DNA of 64,000 nucleotides from the NCBI GenBank assembly GCA_963816395.1, contig CAWFKQ010000016.1, positions 1 to 64,000 of the forward strand. Direction: 5' to 3'. A program made the position numbers and the translations under genes. Below are positions 51,463-61,838 of the stretch, piece after piece. This DNA comes from an uncultured delta proteobacterium. Lineage in GTDB: Bacteria; Desulfobacterota; Desulfuromonadia; Desulfuromonadales; JACZKF01. Under the pieces are notes generated by a model. The model was not told the origin of the DNA. It saw only the letters and a program-made list of their open reading frames with translations, and ran no database searches. Positions within the stretch are counted from its first letter, which is position 1. Each line of letters begins with the position of its first letter.

Positions 51463-53145
51463 ATGAAGCTGATCTTCGCCCTGCTGCAGCAGATGTCGGT
51501 GTTTCTCGTCATCGCCTACCTGTTCAGCAAATCTCCCGCCTTCCGGCCGCTGACCGGCGAGACCCTGCGCAGCAAGCACAAGGTCCTGCTCTACTTCATC
51601 TTTTCCGCCTTTTCCATCCTCGGCACCTACTTCGGCCTGCCGATCCAGGACGCCATCGCCAACACCCGGGCCATCGGCGCGGTGCTGGCCGGGCTTATCG
51701 GCGGACCCCTGCTGGGGACGGCGGTCGGCTTCACCGGCGGCCTGCACCGTTATGCCCTCGGCGGCTTCACCGCCTTCTCCTGCGGCGTCTCGACCACCAT
51801 GGAGGGTCTCCTCGGCGGCCTGGTCCATCTCTACCTGATCAAAAAAGGGCAGCCGAAACAGTTCTTCAGCCCGCGCCTGGCCGCCATCGTCACCTTCTGC
51901 GCCGAAATGCTGCAGATGGGGATCATTCTGCTGCTGTCGCACCCATTTGCCGCCGCCCTGGGACTGGTCAAGGTCATCGCCCTGCCGATGATGCTGGCCA
52001 ACTCGGCCGGCGCCGCCCTGTTCGTCAGCATCATGCGCGACCAGAAAAGCATGTACGATAAGTTCGGGGTGATCTTTTCCGGCCGGGCGCTGAAGATCGC
52101 CGAACGCACCCTGGGGATTCTGGATAAGGGTTTCAGTCTGAACGTCGCTGCGATGGAGGTGGCCCGGATCATCCACGACGAGACCGGGGTGGGAGCGGTG
52201 GCCATTACCGACCGGGAAAAGGTCCTCGCCTTCGTCGGCACCGGCGCCGACCACCATCTGCCCGGCAGCCCCATCAGCTCGGAGCTGACCCGCCGGGCGA
52301 TCCGGGAAAATCAGGTGATCTACGCCGATGGGGTGCGGGAGAAATTCAGCTGCTCCCGTTCCTCCGACTGTCTCCTGGGCTCGGCGCTGGTGGCGCCGCT
52401 GCGCCTGGACGACGAGGTGATCGGCACCATCAAGCTCTACGAACCGAAGAAGAAGCTCTTTCTCAACTTCAACCGGACCCTCGGCGAGGGGATCGCCAAC
52501 CTCCTCTCCGACCAGCTGCTGCGCTCCCGCTACGAGGAGCAGAAGCGCCTGCTGGTGACCTCCGAGCTGAAGCTGATCCAGGCACAGATCAATCCCCATT
52601 TCCTCTTCAACGCCCTGAACACCATCGTCGCCGTCCTGCGGCAGGACGCCGGCCGCGCCCGGGACCTGCTGCTCAATCTGTCCAGCTTCCTCCGCAAGAA
52701 CCTGAAGCGTTCCGAAGAACTCGCCACCCTGGAAGAGGAGCTGGCCCACGTCGATGCCTATCTGGGGATAGAAAAGGCCCGCTTCGAGGACCGCCTGCGG
52801 GTGGAGACGCAGATCGACCCGGACCTGCTCGCCCTGAAGATCCCCGCCTTCACCCTGCAGCCGATCGTTGAGAACGCCATCAAGCACGGCATCTCGGGGC
52901 TGCTGGAGCAGGGGCTGGTCAGGATCTCGGTGCGGCAGGATGCCGGGGAGGTGCGCATTGTGGTCGAAGACAACGCCGGCGCCTATGGCGAGGCGTCCCC
53001 GGACGAGGGACTGGGAATGAAGATGGTCGACAAGCGGATCCGCAATTTCTGCGGCAACCGCTACGGGGTAACCGTCGACTGCCGGCCGCAGGAGTGGACG
53101 CGGGTGACCATCGCCGTCCCCGGGGCGAAAGTGCTGGCGGCATGA
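51463..53145 (+). CDS. btsS: LytS/BtsS-type sensor histidine kinase
   Basis: 5TM-5TMR ANTRAIG, GAF, QAQINPHFLFNALN, LQPIVENAIKHG. Confidence 0.9.
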   Translation: MKLIFALLQQMSVFLVIAYLFSKSPAFRPLTGETLRSKHKVLLYFIFSAFSILGTYFGLPIQDAIANTRAIGAVLAGLIGGPLLGTAVGFTGGLHRYALGGFTAFSCGVSTTMEGLLGGLVHLYLIKKGQPKQFFSPRLAAIVTFCAEMLQMGIILLLSHPFAAALGLVKVIALPMMLANSAGAALFVSIMRDQKSMYDKFGVIFSGRALKIAERTLGILDKGFSLNVAAMEVARIIHDETGVGAVAITDREKVLAFVGTGADHHLPGSPISSELTRRAIRENQVIYADGVREKFSCSRSSDCLLGSALVAPLRLDDEVIGTIKLYEPKKKLFLNFNRTLGEGIANLLSDQLLRSRYEEQKRLLVTSELKLIQAQINPHFLFNALNTIVAVLRQDAGRARDLLLNLSSFLRKNLKRSEELATLEEELAHVDAYLGIEKARFEDRLRVETQIDPDLLALKIPAFTLQPIVENAIKHGISGLLEQGLVRISVRQDAGEVRIVVEDNAGAYGEASPDEGLGMKMVDKRIRNFCGNRYGVTVDCRPQEWTRVTIAVPGAKVLAA

Positions 53146-53849
53146 TCCGGGCACTGGTCGTCGATGACGAGATACACGCCCGGGAGGAGCTGCAGGCCCT
53201 GCTGCAGGAGACGGGCGAAATCGCCGTGGTCGGCTCCTGCGCCAATGCCGTCGAGGCGATCCGGGTCGTCCAGCGAGAGCGCCCGGAGGTTCTCTTCCTG
53301 GACATCCAGATGCCCGTTCTGAGCGGTTTCGAGCTGCTGGGCATGATCGACCCCGAGTGCATGCCGAAAGTGGTGTTCGTCACCGCCTTCGACGATTACG
53401 CGGTGCGGGCCTTCGAGGAAAAGGCCCTCGACTATCTGCTCAAGCCGGTGGCCAGGGAGCGGCTGCGCAAGACGCTCGACAAGCTGCAGGCGGAGTTGCC
53501 GAAAGAGTCCCCTGCGCTCCTCGACCTCCCCCCGATAAAGCGGATCCCCTGCCTTCGCGGCAACCGGATCAAACTGGTCGACGTCGCCGAGACGGAACTG
53601 GTGCGCTCGGATGTGAGCGGCGTCCATGTGCTGACCGCTCGGGACGAATTCTTCACCGAACTGACCCTCAAGGTGCTCGCGGCCCGCTCTGAGCTGGTGA
53701 AGTGCCACAAGCAGTTCCTGATCAACCCCGGGCAGGTGGACGAAATCGTCCTGCTGGAGAACGGCCTGGCCGAGATTCGCACCTGCTCCGGCCGCACTGT
53801 TCCGGTCAGCCGCCGGTATCTCAAGAGCCTGAAGGAGCGCTGGCTTTAA
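53142..53849 (+). CDS. btsR: LytTR response regulator BtsR/YehT
   Basis: REC plus LytTR (CHKQFLIN, VPVSRRYLK). Confidence 0.9.
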   Translation: MIRALVVDDEIHAREELQALLQETGEIAVVGSCANAVEAIRVVQRERPEVLFLDIQMPVLSGFELLGMIDPECMPKVVFVTAFDDYAVRAFEEKALDYLLKPVARERLRKTLDKLQAELPKESPALLDLPPIKRIPCLRGNRIKLVDVAETELVRSDVSGVHVLTARDEFFTELTLKVLAARSELVKCHKQFLINPGQVDEIVLLENGLAEIRTCSGRTVPVSRRYLKSLKERWL

Positions 53850-53920
53850 AGGCAGTGAGATAGTAAGTAGTGAGATAGCGAGATCGTAAAACCTCATCTG
53901 CTCCCTACCTCCCTCCCGCC

Positions 53921-53970
53921 GCCGGTCACGCCCTGCCTGCGACCGCTTACCATCTTTCTGGCGCCGCTCA
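53921..53970 (+). promoter_or_regulatory. BtsR-type direct-repeat binding sites
   Basis: GCCGGTCA-N13-ACCGCTTA-N13-GCCGCTCA. Confidence 0.75.
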
Positions 53971-54046
53971 CCGGGTTTGGTGGTTCCTCCCGAAAAAGCC
54001 GTGGCTTACCCTATGGCGAGGAACCCTAACCCCCGGGAGGTGCGTC

Positions 54047-55477
54047 ATGGTACTGTTCTTCATCTGCGTGGCCCTTTTGATCGCCGGTTATTTCACTTAC
54101 GGCGCCATCGTCGACCGCATTTTCGCCGCGGATCCGGCCCGGATCACCCCGGCCAGATCCATGGCCGACGGCGTCGATTACGTCGAAATGTCGCCGGCCA
54201 AACTGTTTCTCATCCAGCTGTTGAACATCGCCGGCCTCGGCCCCATCTTTGGGCCAATCCTGGGCGCCCTGTACGGTCCGTCGGCCCTGTTGTGGATCGT
54301 CTTCGGTTCGATTCTCGGCGGGGCGGTGCACGACTACTTCTCCGGCATGCTCTCCCTGCGCCACGAAGGGAAAAGCGTGCCCGACGTGGTCGGCTATCAG
54401 CTCGGCAACGGCTTCAAGCAGTTCATGCGGCTCTTCGCCATCATCCTGTTGCTGCTGGTAGGGGTAGTCTTCGTCCTCGGCCCGGCCAAACTACTCGGCC
54501 AGCTGACCTCCCTGCCGGTGATGGGCTGGGTGGCGATCATCTTCATCTATTATTTCCTCGCCACCATCCTGCCCATCAACCAGATCATCGGCCGCATCTA
54601 TCCCGTGTTCGGAGCAATTCTGCTGTTCATGGCAGTGGGGCTGACCGCCGCCCTGATTTTCCAGGGCTATCACTTCTATCCGCAACTGACGCTGGCCAAC
54701 ATTCACCCCAAGGGCCTGCCGCTGTGGCCGCTGATGTTCATCACTATTGCCTGCGGCGCCATCTCCGGCTTTCACGCCACCCAATCGCCGATGATGGCCC
54801 GCTGCATGGCCAACGAGAAGTACGGGCGGCCGGTCTTCTACGGCGCCATGATCGGCGAGGGGATCATCGCCCTGATCTGGGCCACTCTCGGCATGTCCTT
54901 CTATAACGGCTCCGAAGCCCTCAACGCCGCCCTCGGCCAGGGCGGTCCGGCGTTTGTGGTGAATCAGATCTCCACCACCCTGCTCGGCCACGTGGGCGGC
55001 ATTCTGGCTATCATCGGTGTCGTCATCCTGCCGATCACCTCCGGCGATACCGCCTTCCGCAGCGCCCGGCTGATCATCGCGGACTTCGTCAAGCTGCCGC
55101 AGAAGGCGATACTCAAGCGCCTGTACCTGGCGGTCCCCCTGTTCGTGGTCGGTTTTCTCATCTCCCGCGGCAACTTCGCCGTTATCTGGCGCTATTTCGG
55201 CTGGGCCAACCAGACCCTGGCGACCGTCGTCCTGTGGGCCGGCGCCGCCTACCTGATCCGGCAGGCGAAATTCCACTGGATCGCCACCGTTCCCGCCGTC
55301 TTCATGACCGCCGTGTCGGCCACCTATCTTGCCTATGACAAGATCGGCTTTGGCCTGTCGCTCACGGTTTCCACCTATATCGGCGTCGCGGTTGCCGTCT
55401 CGAGCCTGATTATTTTCCTCATCAAGCTCCACGGGGCGGTGCCGGAGGAGGCCGCTCCGCAAGCCGGCGGCGCCTGA
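54047..55477 (+). CDS. cstA: CstA family transporter
   Basis: QLLNIAGLGPIFG, GAVHD, ACGAISGFHATQSP, ITSGDTAFR. Confidence 0.92.
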   Translation: MVLFFICVALLIAGYFTYGAIVDRIFAADPARITPARSMADGVDYVEMSPAKLFLIQLLNIAGLGPIFGPILGALYGPSALLWIVFGSILGGAVHDYFSGMLSLRHEGKSVPDVVGYQLGNGFKQFMRLFAIILLLLVGVVFVLGPAKLLGQLTSLPVMGWVAIIFIYYFLATILPINQIIGRIYPVFGAILLFMAVGLTAALIFQGYHFYPQLTLANIHPKGLPLWPLMFITIACGAISGFHATQSPMMARCMANEKYGRPVFYGAMIGEGIIALIWATLGMSFYNGSEALNAALGQGGPAFVVNQISTTLLGHVGGILAIIGVVILPITSGDTAFRSARLIIADFVKLPQKAILKRLYLAVPLFVVGFLISRGNFAVIWRYFGWANQTLATVVLWAGAAYLIRQAKFHWIATVPAVFMTAVSATYLAYDKIGFGLSLTVSTYIGVAVAVSSLIIFLIKLHGAVPEEAAPQAGGA

Positions 55478-55489
55478 GCATCCGGGGTT

Positions 55490-55521
55490 CCAAGGGGGGC
55501 GCGATGCGCCCCCTTTGGTTT
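55490..55521 (+). terminator. Intrinsic terminator
   Basis: CCAAGGGGGCGC-GAT-GCGCCCCCTTTGG followed by TTT. Confidence 0.6.
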
Positions 55522-55660
55522 CTGCGCCCGATGTGAAATAATGGCCTCAGTTCCTACGACTCTTCGCCGATGGCGAAAAAAAAGCTTTTAACGCGGAGAC
55601 GCAGACGCAGAGGACCAATCCCGTAGCTTGCTGCGGGAGATTCTTTTGTGAATCCGGAGG

Positions 55661-56632
55661 ATGAAAATGAAGATTGTCGTTCTGGACGGCTACGCCCTCA
55701 ATCCCGGCGACCTGAGCTGGCAGGGGCTCGAAGCCCTGGGAGATTTCACCGTGTACGACCGCACCTCGCGGGAGGAACTGCTGGAGCGGGCGCAGGGGGC
55801 GGAGATCGTTCTTACCAACAAGGTGGTTCTCGACCGGGAAAGCCTCGGCCGGCTGCCGCGGCTGAAGTATATCGGGGTGCTCGCCACCGGCTACAACGTG
55901 GTCGACGCCGAGGCGGCACGAGAGAGGGGAATTGCCGTCACCAACGTCCCTGCCTACAGCACTGCATCGGTGGCGCAGATGGTCTTCGCCCTGCTGCTCG
56001 AGCTGACCCAGCAGGTGGGCCATCACGCCCACCTGACCCGTTGGGGGCACTGGAGCGAAAGCCGGGATTTCTGTTTCTGGGACCGGCCGCTGGTGGAGCT
56101 GGACGGACTGCACCTGGGCGTGGTCGGGTTCGGCGCCATCGGTCGCCGGGTGGCGCAGATCGCCAGGGCCTTCGGCATGACCGTCCTGGTCCACACCGCC
56201 CACCCGGAAAAGTATCGGCAGGTCCTCGAGGCGGGCGGCGCGCGGTTCGTCGGTCTCGACGAGATCTTTGCCGAAAGTGATGTGATCAGTCTCCATTGCC
56301 CCCTTACCCCGGAGACGAAAGCGATGGTCGATGCCCGTCGCCTCGCCCTGATGAAGCCGACCGCCTACCTGATCAACACCGGGCGCGGTTTGCTGATCGA
56401 CGAGGAGGCCCTGGCCCAGGCCCTCAAGGAGAAGCGGCTGGCCGGTGCCGGCCTGGACGTGCTCTCGACCGAACCGCCGCCGGGAAACAATCCCCTGCTG
56501 ACCGCTCCCAACTGCTTCGTCACCCCGCATATCGCCTGGGCCACCCTGGCCGCGCGGGAGCGTCTGATGGCGACGGTGGTGGCCAACGTCCAGGCGTTCC
56601 TGGCCGGCAAGCCACAGAACGTGGTCAACTGA
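55661..56632 (+). CDS. D-2-hydroxyacid dehydrogenase (glycerate dehydrogenase-like)
   Basis: LDGYALNPGDLSW, GFGAIG, LHCPLT, TPHIAW. Confidence 0.92.
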   Translation: MKMKIVVLDGYALNPGDLSWQGLEALGDFTVYDRTSREELLERAQGAEIVLTNKVVLDRESLGRLPRLKYIGVLATGYNVVDAEAARERGIAVTNVPAYSTASVAQMVFALLLELTQQVGHHAHLTRWGHWSESRDFCFWDRPLVELDGLHLGVVGFGAIGRRVAQIARAFGMTVLVHTAHPEKYRQVLEAGGARFVGLDEIFAESDVISLHCPLTPETKAMVDARRLALMKPTAYLINTGRGLLIDEEALAQALKEKRLAGAGLDVLSTEPPPGNNPLLTAPNCFVTPHIAWATLAARERLMATVVANVQAFLAGKPQNVVN

Positions 56633-56746
56633 AGCGCCAGGATGCGCCTGTTCGCCCCGGGTTTTTCCCGGGGCGGCATCCCTTATGCAGTATCCTGATC
56701 TCCGGAAGATAATTGGTGCCATCCCCCGATTCCGGAGAGCCCGCCG

Positions 56747-57307
56747 ATGAAAATCGCCCTGATCGTTGACGATGAACCCCTGATCCGCCGCCAGGTGGCG
56801 GAAACCCTCACCCGCTACGGCTTCGAGGAGATCCTCGAAGCGGCGAACGGCCAGCAGGCAATCGACCTGGCCGTTGCCCGCCGGCCGCTGCTGATCGTCA
56901 TGGACATTTCCATGCCTGTGCTCGACGGCATCACCGCCGCCGAAAAAATAGGCAAAAAGGCGCCGGCGCCGATCATCCTTCTCACCGGCACCGCCGACCC
57001 GAAGACCGTGGAGCGGGCGCGGCTGGCCGGGGTGATGAGCTATGTGCTCAAGCCCTTCCGGGACGAGCAGCTCTACCCGGCGGTCGATCTGGCCATCCAC
57101 CATTTCGTCGACGTTTCCACCCTGCGCGACGAGGTGGCGAAGCTGAAGGACACCCTGGAGACCCGCAAGGCGATCGAGAAGGCCAAGGGGGCACTGATGA
57201 AGAAGGGGCTGGCCGAGCCCGAGGCTTACCGCAAGATGCAGAAGACCGCCATGGACAAGCGTAAATCGCTCAAGGAAGTGGCCGAGGCGATTTTGTTGAT
57301 GGAATAG
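56747..57307 (+). CDS. REC-ANTAR response regulator
   Basis: REC (MDISMP) plus RKAIEKAKGALM...AMDKRK. Confidence 0.9.
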   Translation: MKIALIVDDEPLIRRQVAETLTRYGFEEILEAANGQQAIDLAVARRPLLIVMDISMPVLDGITAAEKIGKKAPAPIILLTGTADPKTVERARLAGVMSYVLKPFRDEQLYPAVDLAIHHFVDVSTLRDEVAKLKDTLETRKAIEKAKGALMKKGLAEPEAYRKMQKTAMDKRKSLKEVAEAILLME

Positions 57308-57482
57308 CGGGCGGTGATGCGGGATGCGCGGCTGGATAAAAAGGGAGACAGCTTTTGCCCCGATATGGAACGGCCAGACGGGAGATCCGATTGCATGAGT
57401 ATCGGACCGCTGGGGGGCCGGAAGCAAATTTGTTCCGGAGTTGTGCGCTGCAGGAGGAGCAAAGGCTGATTTGAGTCCTGCA

Positions 57483-59864
57483 ATGAAGCTCGTCACCATC
57501 TCTCTGCGCGATTTTGCCTTGCCGGTTCCCCGCACCGGCAGCATCGAAGCGCATTCGGGGTATGGGCGCGCCGCTGCCGACGGCCAGGAGATCCATCTCC
57601 GCGTGCAGAAGAAAAGGGCGAAGGCCGATCCGCGGTACCAGGCCGAAGTGCCGGTGAGCTGCCAGTTCGAGCGGGAAGGGTACCGCTTCCGGATCGAGGG
57701 GCGGATGGACGGCCTCTTCCGGCACGAGCCGCCGAAGATCGAGGAAATCAAATCCGGTTTCGATATCCTGGCGCTTGCCCGCCGCCTCGCGGACCACCCC
57801 ATGGCGCATCCGTACGGCCTGCAGCTTCTCACCTACGGCTATTTCCATTGGCGTGAACACCAGGTCCTTCCCGCACTTTCCTTCCATCTCGTCTCTTCCC
57901 GCAGCGGTGAAGCCAGGGATCTCGACCTCCCGCTCGATCTGCCTCTTTACGAAAGATGGCTGGACTCCCGCCTCGACGAACTCGTGATCGCGGCGAGGCA
58001 GGCGGAGAAACGGGCCGCCCGGCGGCGGAAAATAGCTGCCGGCTTTACGTTTCCTTTTCCGCACCCGCGTCCCGGTCAGATCGAGCTCATGCAGGAGATC
58101 GCGCAGGGGATGACGGAAAAAAAGCCGGTGCTCGTCCAGGCCCCCACGGGACTCGGGAAAACCGTTGGGGTCCTTTATCCCACCCTCGGGGAAGCGCTGA
58201 GCCGGGGGCAGAAAACGGTCTATGTCACCCCGAAAAACAGCCAGCACACGGTCGCCGAGGACGCGGTCAGCCGTTTCCAGCAGGCGGGCGGGCGCGTCAA
58301 ATCCCTCTCGATCACCGCCAAAGCCAAGATCTGCTGCAAGAACGAGCCGCTGTGCAGCCCCGAATACTGCGAGTATGCCCGTGATTATTACGCCAAGGTG
58401 CAGGCGCACGGCATTCTCGAGATCCTGGCGAAAAAGAGGACGCTGAAGGCGCGCACTTTTCGCGATCTGGGCGAGCGGTACCAGGTTTGTCCGTTTGAAC
58501 TGCAGCTCGAGGGCGTCCGGGAGGCGGATGTCGTTATCTGCGACTACAACTACGTCTTCGCTCCGCGCTCGGCGCTTCACCGCGCGGCGGACCTTGGCAT
58601 CGACCAGACGGGGAAGCCCAACCTGGTGATCGATGAAGCCCATAACCTGCCCGCCCGGGCCATGGACTATTATTCGCCGAGCCTCTCCTCCGTCACCCTG
58701 GAGCGGATGCGCGAGGAGACCCGGGAACTGCCTGCCCGCTTCCGGCGGGAGGCCGAGGAACTGCTCGACGGCTGCCTCCGGACCCTTGCCTCGTGCCGGC
58801 AGGATGAAAGACCGGCACCGACACGGATCGCGCCGCCGGCCGAGCGTTTCCTGGAACAGGAGGCAAGGCTGCGCGCCTTCTTGTCCCGCTACCTCGACTC
58901 CGACCTAGAGATACGGCAGGCGGACGTGGTCCTGCGCCTCTGCTTCTATTGGTCCGAATTCACGGAAACCCTGGCGTACGCCGGCGATCCCGGCCGGCAG
59001 GAGTTCTTCACCACCTATCATCCGCATCCGACCGGCGGTACGGTGAAAATCACCTGCTGCGATGCCTCGGCCATGCTGGCCGACTGTTATGACGATTATG
59101 AGCAGGTGGTGGGGTTCTCGGCGACGCTGAAACCCTTCGATTATTACGTGCGGCTTTCCGGCCTTGATGCCCAGAGAGTGCGGACGGCGGAATTTGCCAG
59201 TCCCTTCCCGCCGGCGCGGCGCAAGCTGCTGATCATTCCGCAGGTCTCCACCCGCTACAGCCAGCGCCAGCGCCACTACGCCAGGATCGCCGATGCCGTG
59301 CAGCGGATCACCGCCCTGCGCCGCGGCAATTATTTCGTGTTCCTGCCGAGCTTCGATTTTCTCGACCAGGTAGCCGCTCTCTTCCGGCCACCGGCAGGCT
59401 TTAGCGTCCTGCGGCAGGAACGGAGCATGAAAGCCGCCGCGGTCGAGACCATCGTGGAGACTCTGCGCGGCCAGGCTGTCCCGACGATCGTCTTCGCCGT
59501 GCAGGGAGGCTCCTTCTCCGAGGGGATGGATTACGCCGGGGAAATGGTGATCGGGGCCTTTGTCGTCGGCCCGCCGCTGCCTAATTACGATCTCGAACGG
59601 GAGCAGATGAAGGAATATTACCAGCGGCAGTACGGCGCCGGCTTCGATTATGCCTATGTGATCCCCGCCATGGCCAGGGCGGTCCAGGCCGCCGGCAGAG
59701 TCATCCGCTCCGAGACCGACCGCGGACTTGTTGTGCTGATGGACAGCCGATTCATCGAACCGGGTTACGCCAGGTCGATGCCGGCGGATTGGTTCGAGAC
59801 CGCGGCCACGGAACTGGTTTCCAGCAGCATCCTGTGTGAAATAGCCGATTTCTGGGACGCATAG
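57483..59864 (+). CDS. Rad3/XPD/DinG-family Fe-S helicase with an N-terminal PD-(D/E)XK-like domain
   Basis: GRMDG...IEEIKS; APTGLGKT; Cys cluster; DEAHN; QAAGRVIR. Confidence 0.88.
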   Translation: MKLVTISLRDFALPVPRTGSIEAHSGYGRAAADGQEIHLRVQKKRAKADPRYQAEVPVSCQFEREGYRFRIEGRMDGLFRHEPPKIEEIKSGFDILALARRLADHPMAHPYGLQLLTYGYFHWREHQVLPALSFHLVSSRSGEARDLDLPLDLPLYERWLDSRLDELVIAARQAEKRAARRRKIAAGFTFPFPHPRPGQIELMQEIAQGMTEKKPVLVQAPTGLGKTVGVLYPTLGEALSRGQKTVYVTPKNSQHTVAEDAVSRFQQAGGRVKSLSITAKAKICCKNEPLCSPEYCEYARDYYAKVQAHGILEILAKKRTLKARTFRDLGERYQVCPFELQLEGVREADVVICDYNYVFAPRSALHRAADLGIDQTGKPNLVIDEAHNLPARAMDYYSPSLSSVTLERMREETRELPARFRREAEELLDGCLRTLASCRQDERPAPTRIAPPAERFLEQEARLRAFLSRYLDSDLEIRQADVVLRLCFYWSEFTETLAYAGDPGRQEFFTTYHPHPTGGTVKITCCDASAMLADCYDDYEQVVGFSATLKPFDYYVRLSGLDAQRVRTAEFASPFPPARRKLLIIPQVSTRYSQRQRHYARIADAVQRITALRRGNYFVFLPSFDFLDQVAALFRPPAGFSVLRQERSMKAAAVETIVETLRGQAVPTIVFAVQGGSFSEGMDYAGEMVIGAFVVGPPLPNYDLEREQMKEYYQRQYGAGFDYAYVIPAMARAVQAAGRVIRSETDRGLVVLMDSRFIEPGYARSMPADWFETAATELVSSSILCEIADFWDA

Positions 59865-59916
59865 TTGGATCAGGTTCTTCGCCCGCGGAGTGGAGTCCGC
59901 CGCCAGGATTCAATAT

Positions 59917-60032
59917 TACTGGCTTAGCAGTATTTTATCTCCTTGAAGCTTCCCTTGCATTACATGTACTGTCCGGGCAGTATTTTAGTTGACGAAGGAC
60001 ATGCCTTTGATATATATACTGCTTAGCCAGTA
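59917..60032. promoter_or_regulatory. Three palindromic operators TACTG-N6-CAGTA overlapping the hipB promoter
   Basis: Copies at 59917, 59967 and 60017; TTGACG -35-like hexamer at 59989. Confidence 0.8.
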
Positions 60033-60049
60033 TTTTTATGGAGGATGGC

Positions 60050-60304
60050 ATGCCTAAAACCATCAAGCCAATGCCGACGCCCGTGCAGAGCGGTCCCCTC
60101 GATGCCGAGACCCTGGGGAAGTTCATTCGTGCCCGAAGGACCCAATCAGGGCTTGGGATGCACGAAGCGGCGGCCTTTTGCGGGGTCGCAGTCGATACCC
60201 TGACCAAGATCGAGACGGCCAGGGGTGACGTCAAGCTCTCCAGCATCCTGACGGTTTGCCGCATGCTCGGTATCCAGCTCAATGTCGACCCTTGGGAGGA
60301 GTGA
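60050..60304 (+). CDS. XRE/HipB-like antitoxin
   Basis: LGKFIRARRTQSGL...AAAFCGVAVDTLTKIE; TGATG coupling to hipA. Confidence 0.85.
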   Translation: MPKTIKPMPTPVQSGPLDAETLGKFIRARRTQSGLGMHEAAAFCGVAVDTLTKIETARGDVKLSSILTVCRMLGIQLNVDPWEE

Positions 60305-61599
60305 TGTCGGAGACCCTGTCAGTCTTCCTGAATCGCGAACCCCTCGGTCTGGTGACCCTTGCGGGCCAGGACGATCGCTACGGCCTGGAGTACGCCCGGT
60401 CATGGCTCGAAGGCCAGGGGTATGCCATATCGCCGCATCTCCAGCCGGGGGAGTGCGAATCCGGGCCGGTGAAGCGCTTTCTCTCCAACCTCCTTCCGGA
60501 AGGAAAGTGGCTGGAAGAACTTTCGGTCGACCACCAGATTTCGAAGAGCAATGTCTTTGGCCTCATTGCATTGATCGGTGCGGAGACGACCGGAGCGCTG
60601 ACCTTTCAATATGACGGCGCTGATCGGGAACCTCGACCGACTGCGTTCCGTGAGGTCGGCGCAACGGAATTGACGGAGCGGATTGCGCAGCGCCAAAGGA
60701 TCTCCATCGCCACCTGGGACGGCAAGCCTCGTCTTTCGGTCACCGGGGTTCAAGACAAGCTGCCGATCATGATCCGACCCGATGGCGCGATGGGATTCGG
60801 CGAAGGAGATCTGGCATCGACGCATATCCTGAAGTTTGGCCGGCGGCCCGACATGCACATGATGATCAACGAGTTCATCTGCATGAAACTGGCGGAGTTG
60901 GTCAAGTTGCCGGTTGCCAGGGTCTCCTTGCAGCGCTTCGGGGAGCCGGTTCTGGTCGTCGAGCGGTTCGACCGGCGCCGGCACGGGGATAAGGTCGACC
61001 GGTTGCATCTGATCGATGGCTGCCAGATGCTCGATCTGCCGCCGACCTACAAATATGAGCGTCCCTTCGGCAAGGCGGGGGAAGGAGCGCGCATCAGGAC
61101 CGGTGTCAGCCTGCCGAAGCTCTTTGCCGCCAGTCGGCACTGCCGCATACCGGCCCTGGCCATCAGAGATCTGCTGAACTGGACTCTTTTCCAGATGCTG
61201 ATCGGCAATAGCGACGCGCACGGCAAGAACATCTCGTTCTTTGTCGGCAAGGCGGGGATCGACGTTGCGCCGAGCTACGATCTGTTGAACATCGACATCT
61301 ATGGGGATGAGTTTGAGCGGGATCTGGCCCTGGCGGTCGGCGACGAGTTTTCGGCCGAGCGGGTCAGGCCGTATGACCTTGCGGAATTCTGCGCCGCATG
61401 CCATCTGCCGCCGCGCCAGGTGGCGACCAGTCTGAAAAATCTCTGTACGGCGGCCCTGGGCCGTCTGGGGAGCTTGCCGCTGGGGGATGTACGGCCCGGA
61501 GAGGAGATGGATTTTGCCCGGGAACTGATCGAAAAGATCAAGGGGAATGCCGAACGGCTTCTGGCGATGGCCGGAGATCTTCCGCATGTCAGTCTTTAA
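60304..61599 (+). CDS. hipA: HipA family kinase toxin
   Basis: NLLPEG, LSVTGVQDK, STHILK, ERFDR, GNSDAHGKN, PSYD. Confidence 0.92.
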   Translation: MSETLSVFLNREPLGLVTLAGQDDRYGLEYARSWLEGQGYAISPHLQPGECESGPVKRFLSNLLPEGKWLEELSVDHQISKSNVFGLIALIGAETTGALTFQYDGADREPRPTAFREVGATELTERIAQRQRISIATWDGKPRLSVTGVQDKLPIMIRPDGAMGFGEGDLASTHILKFGRRPDMHMMINEFICMKLAELVKLPVARVSLQRFGEPVLVVERFDRRRHGDKVDRLHLIDGCQMLDLPPTYKYERPFGKAGEGARIRTGVSLPKLFAASRHCRIPALAIRDLLNWTLFQMLIGNSDAHGKNISFFVGKAGIDVAPSYDLLNIDIYGDEFERDLALAVGDEFSAERVRPYDLAEFCAACHLPPRQVATSLKNLCTAALGRLGSLPLGDVRPGEEMDFARELIEKIKGNAERLLAMAGDLPHVSL

Positions 61600-61838
61600 G
61601 CTGATGTCGTATCGGGCCGGAAAATAAATCTCCGTAAAATAGCCGGTTTCTGGGATATATAGTCCGCCTCAGGGCGAACAGAAAAGGGCACTGGCAAGCA
61701 AGCACGAGACAGGGAATGTCCGCCGCGGTGGCAGGATTTCCCCGCCGCCGGGGACTCCCGGCGAGCGGCGGGAATAATTGACATTACACCCGACTTTAGC
61801 TAACCTTCGAAGGCTTATGCGATCGAAAGGGAGCCTCC

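Noticed and set aside
59917..60032. LexA/SOS boxes
   Set aside because: CTG-N6-CAG spacing does not fit the CTG-N10-CAG box; position fits HipB-type autoregulation.
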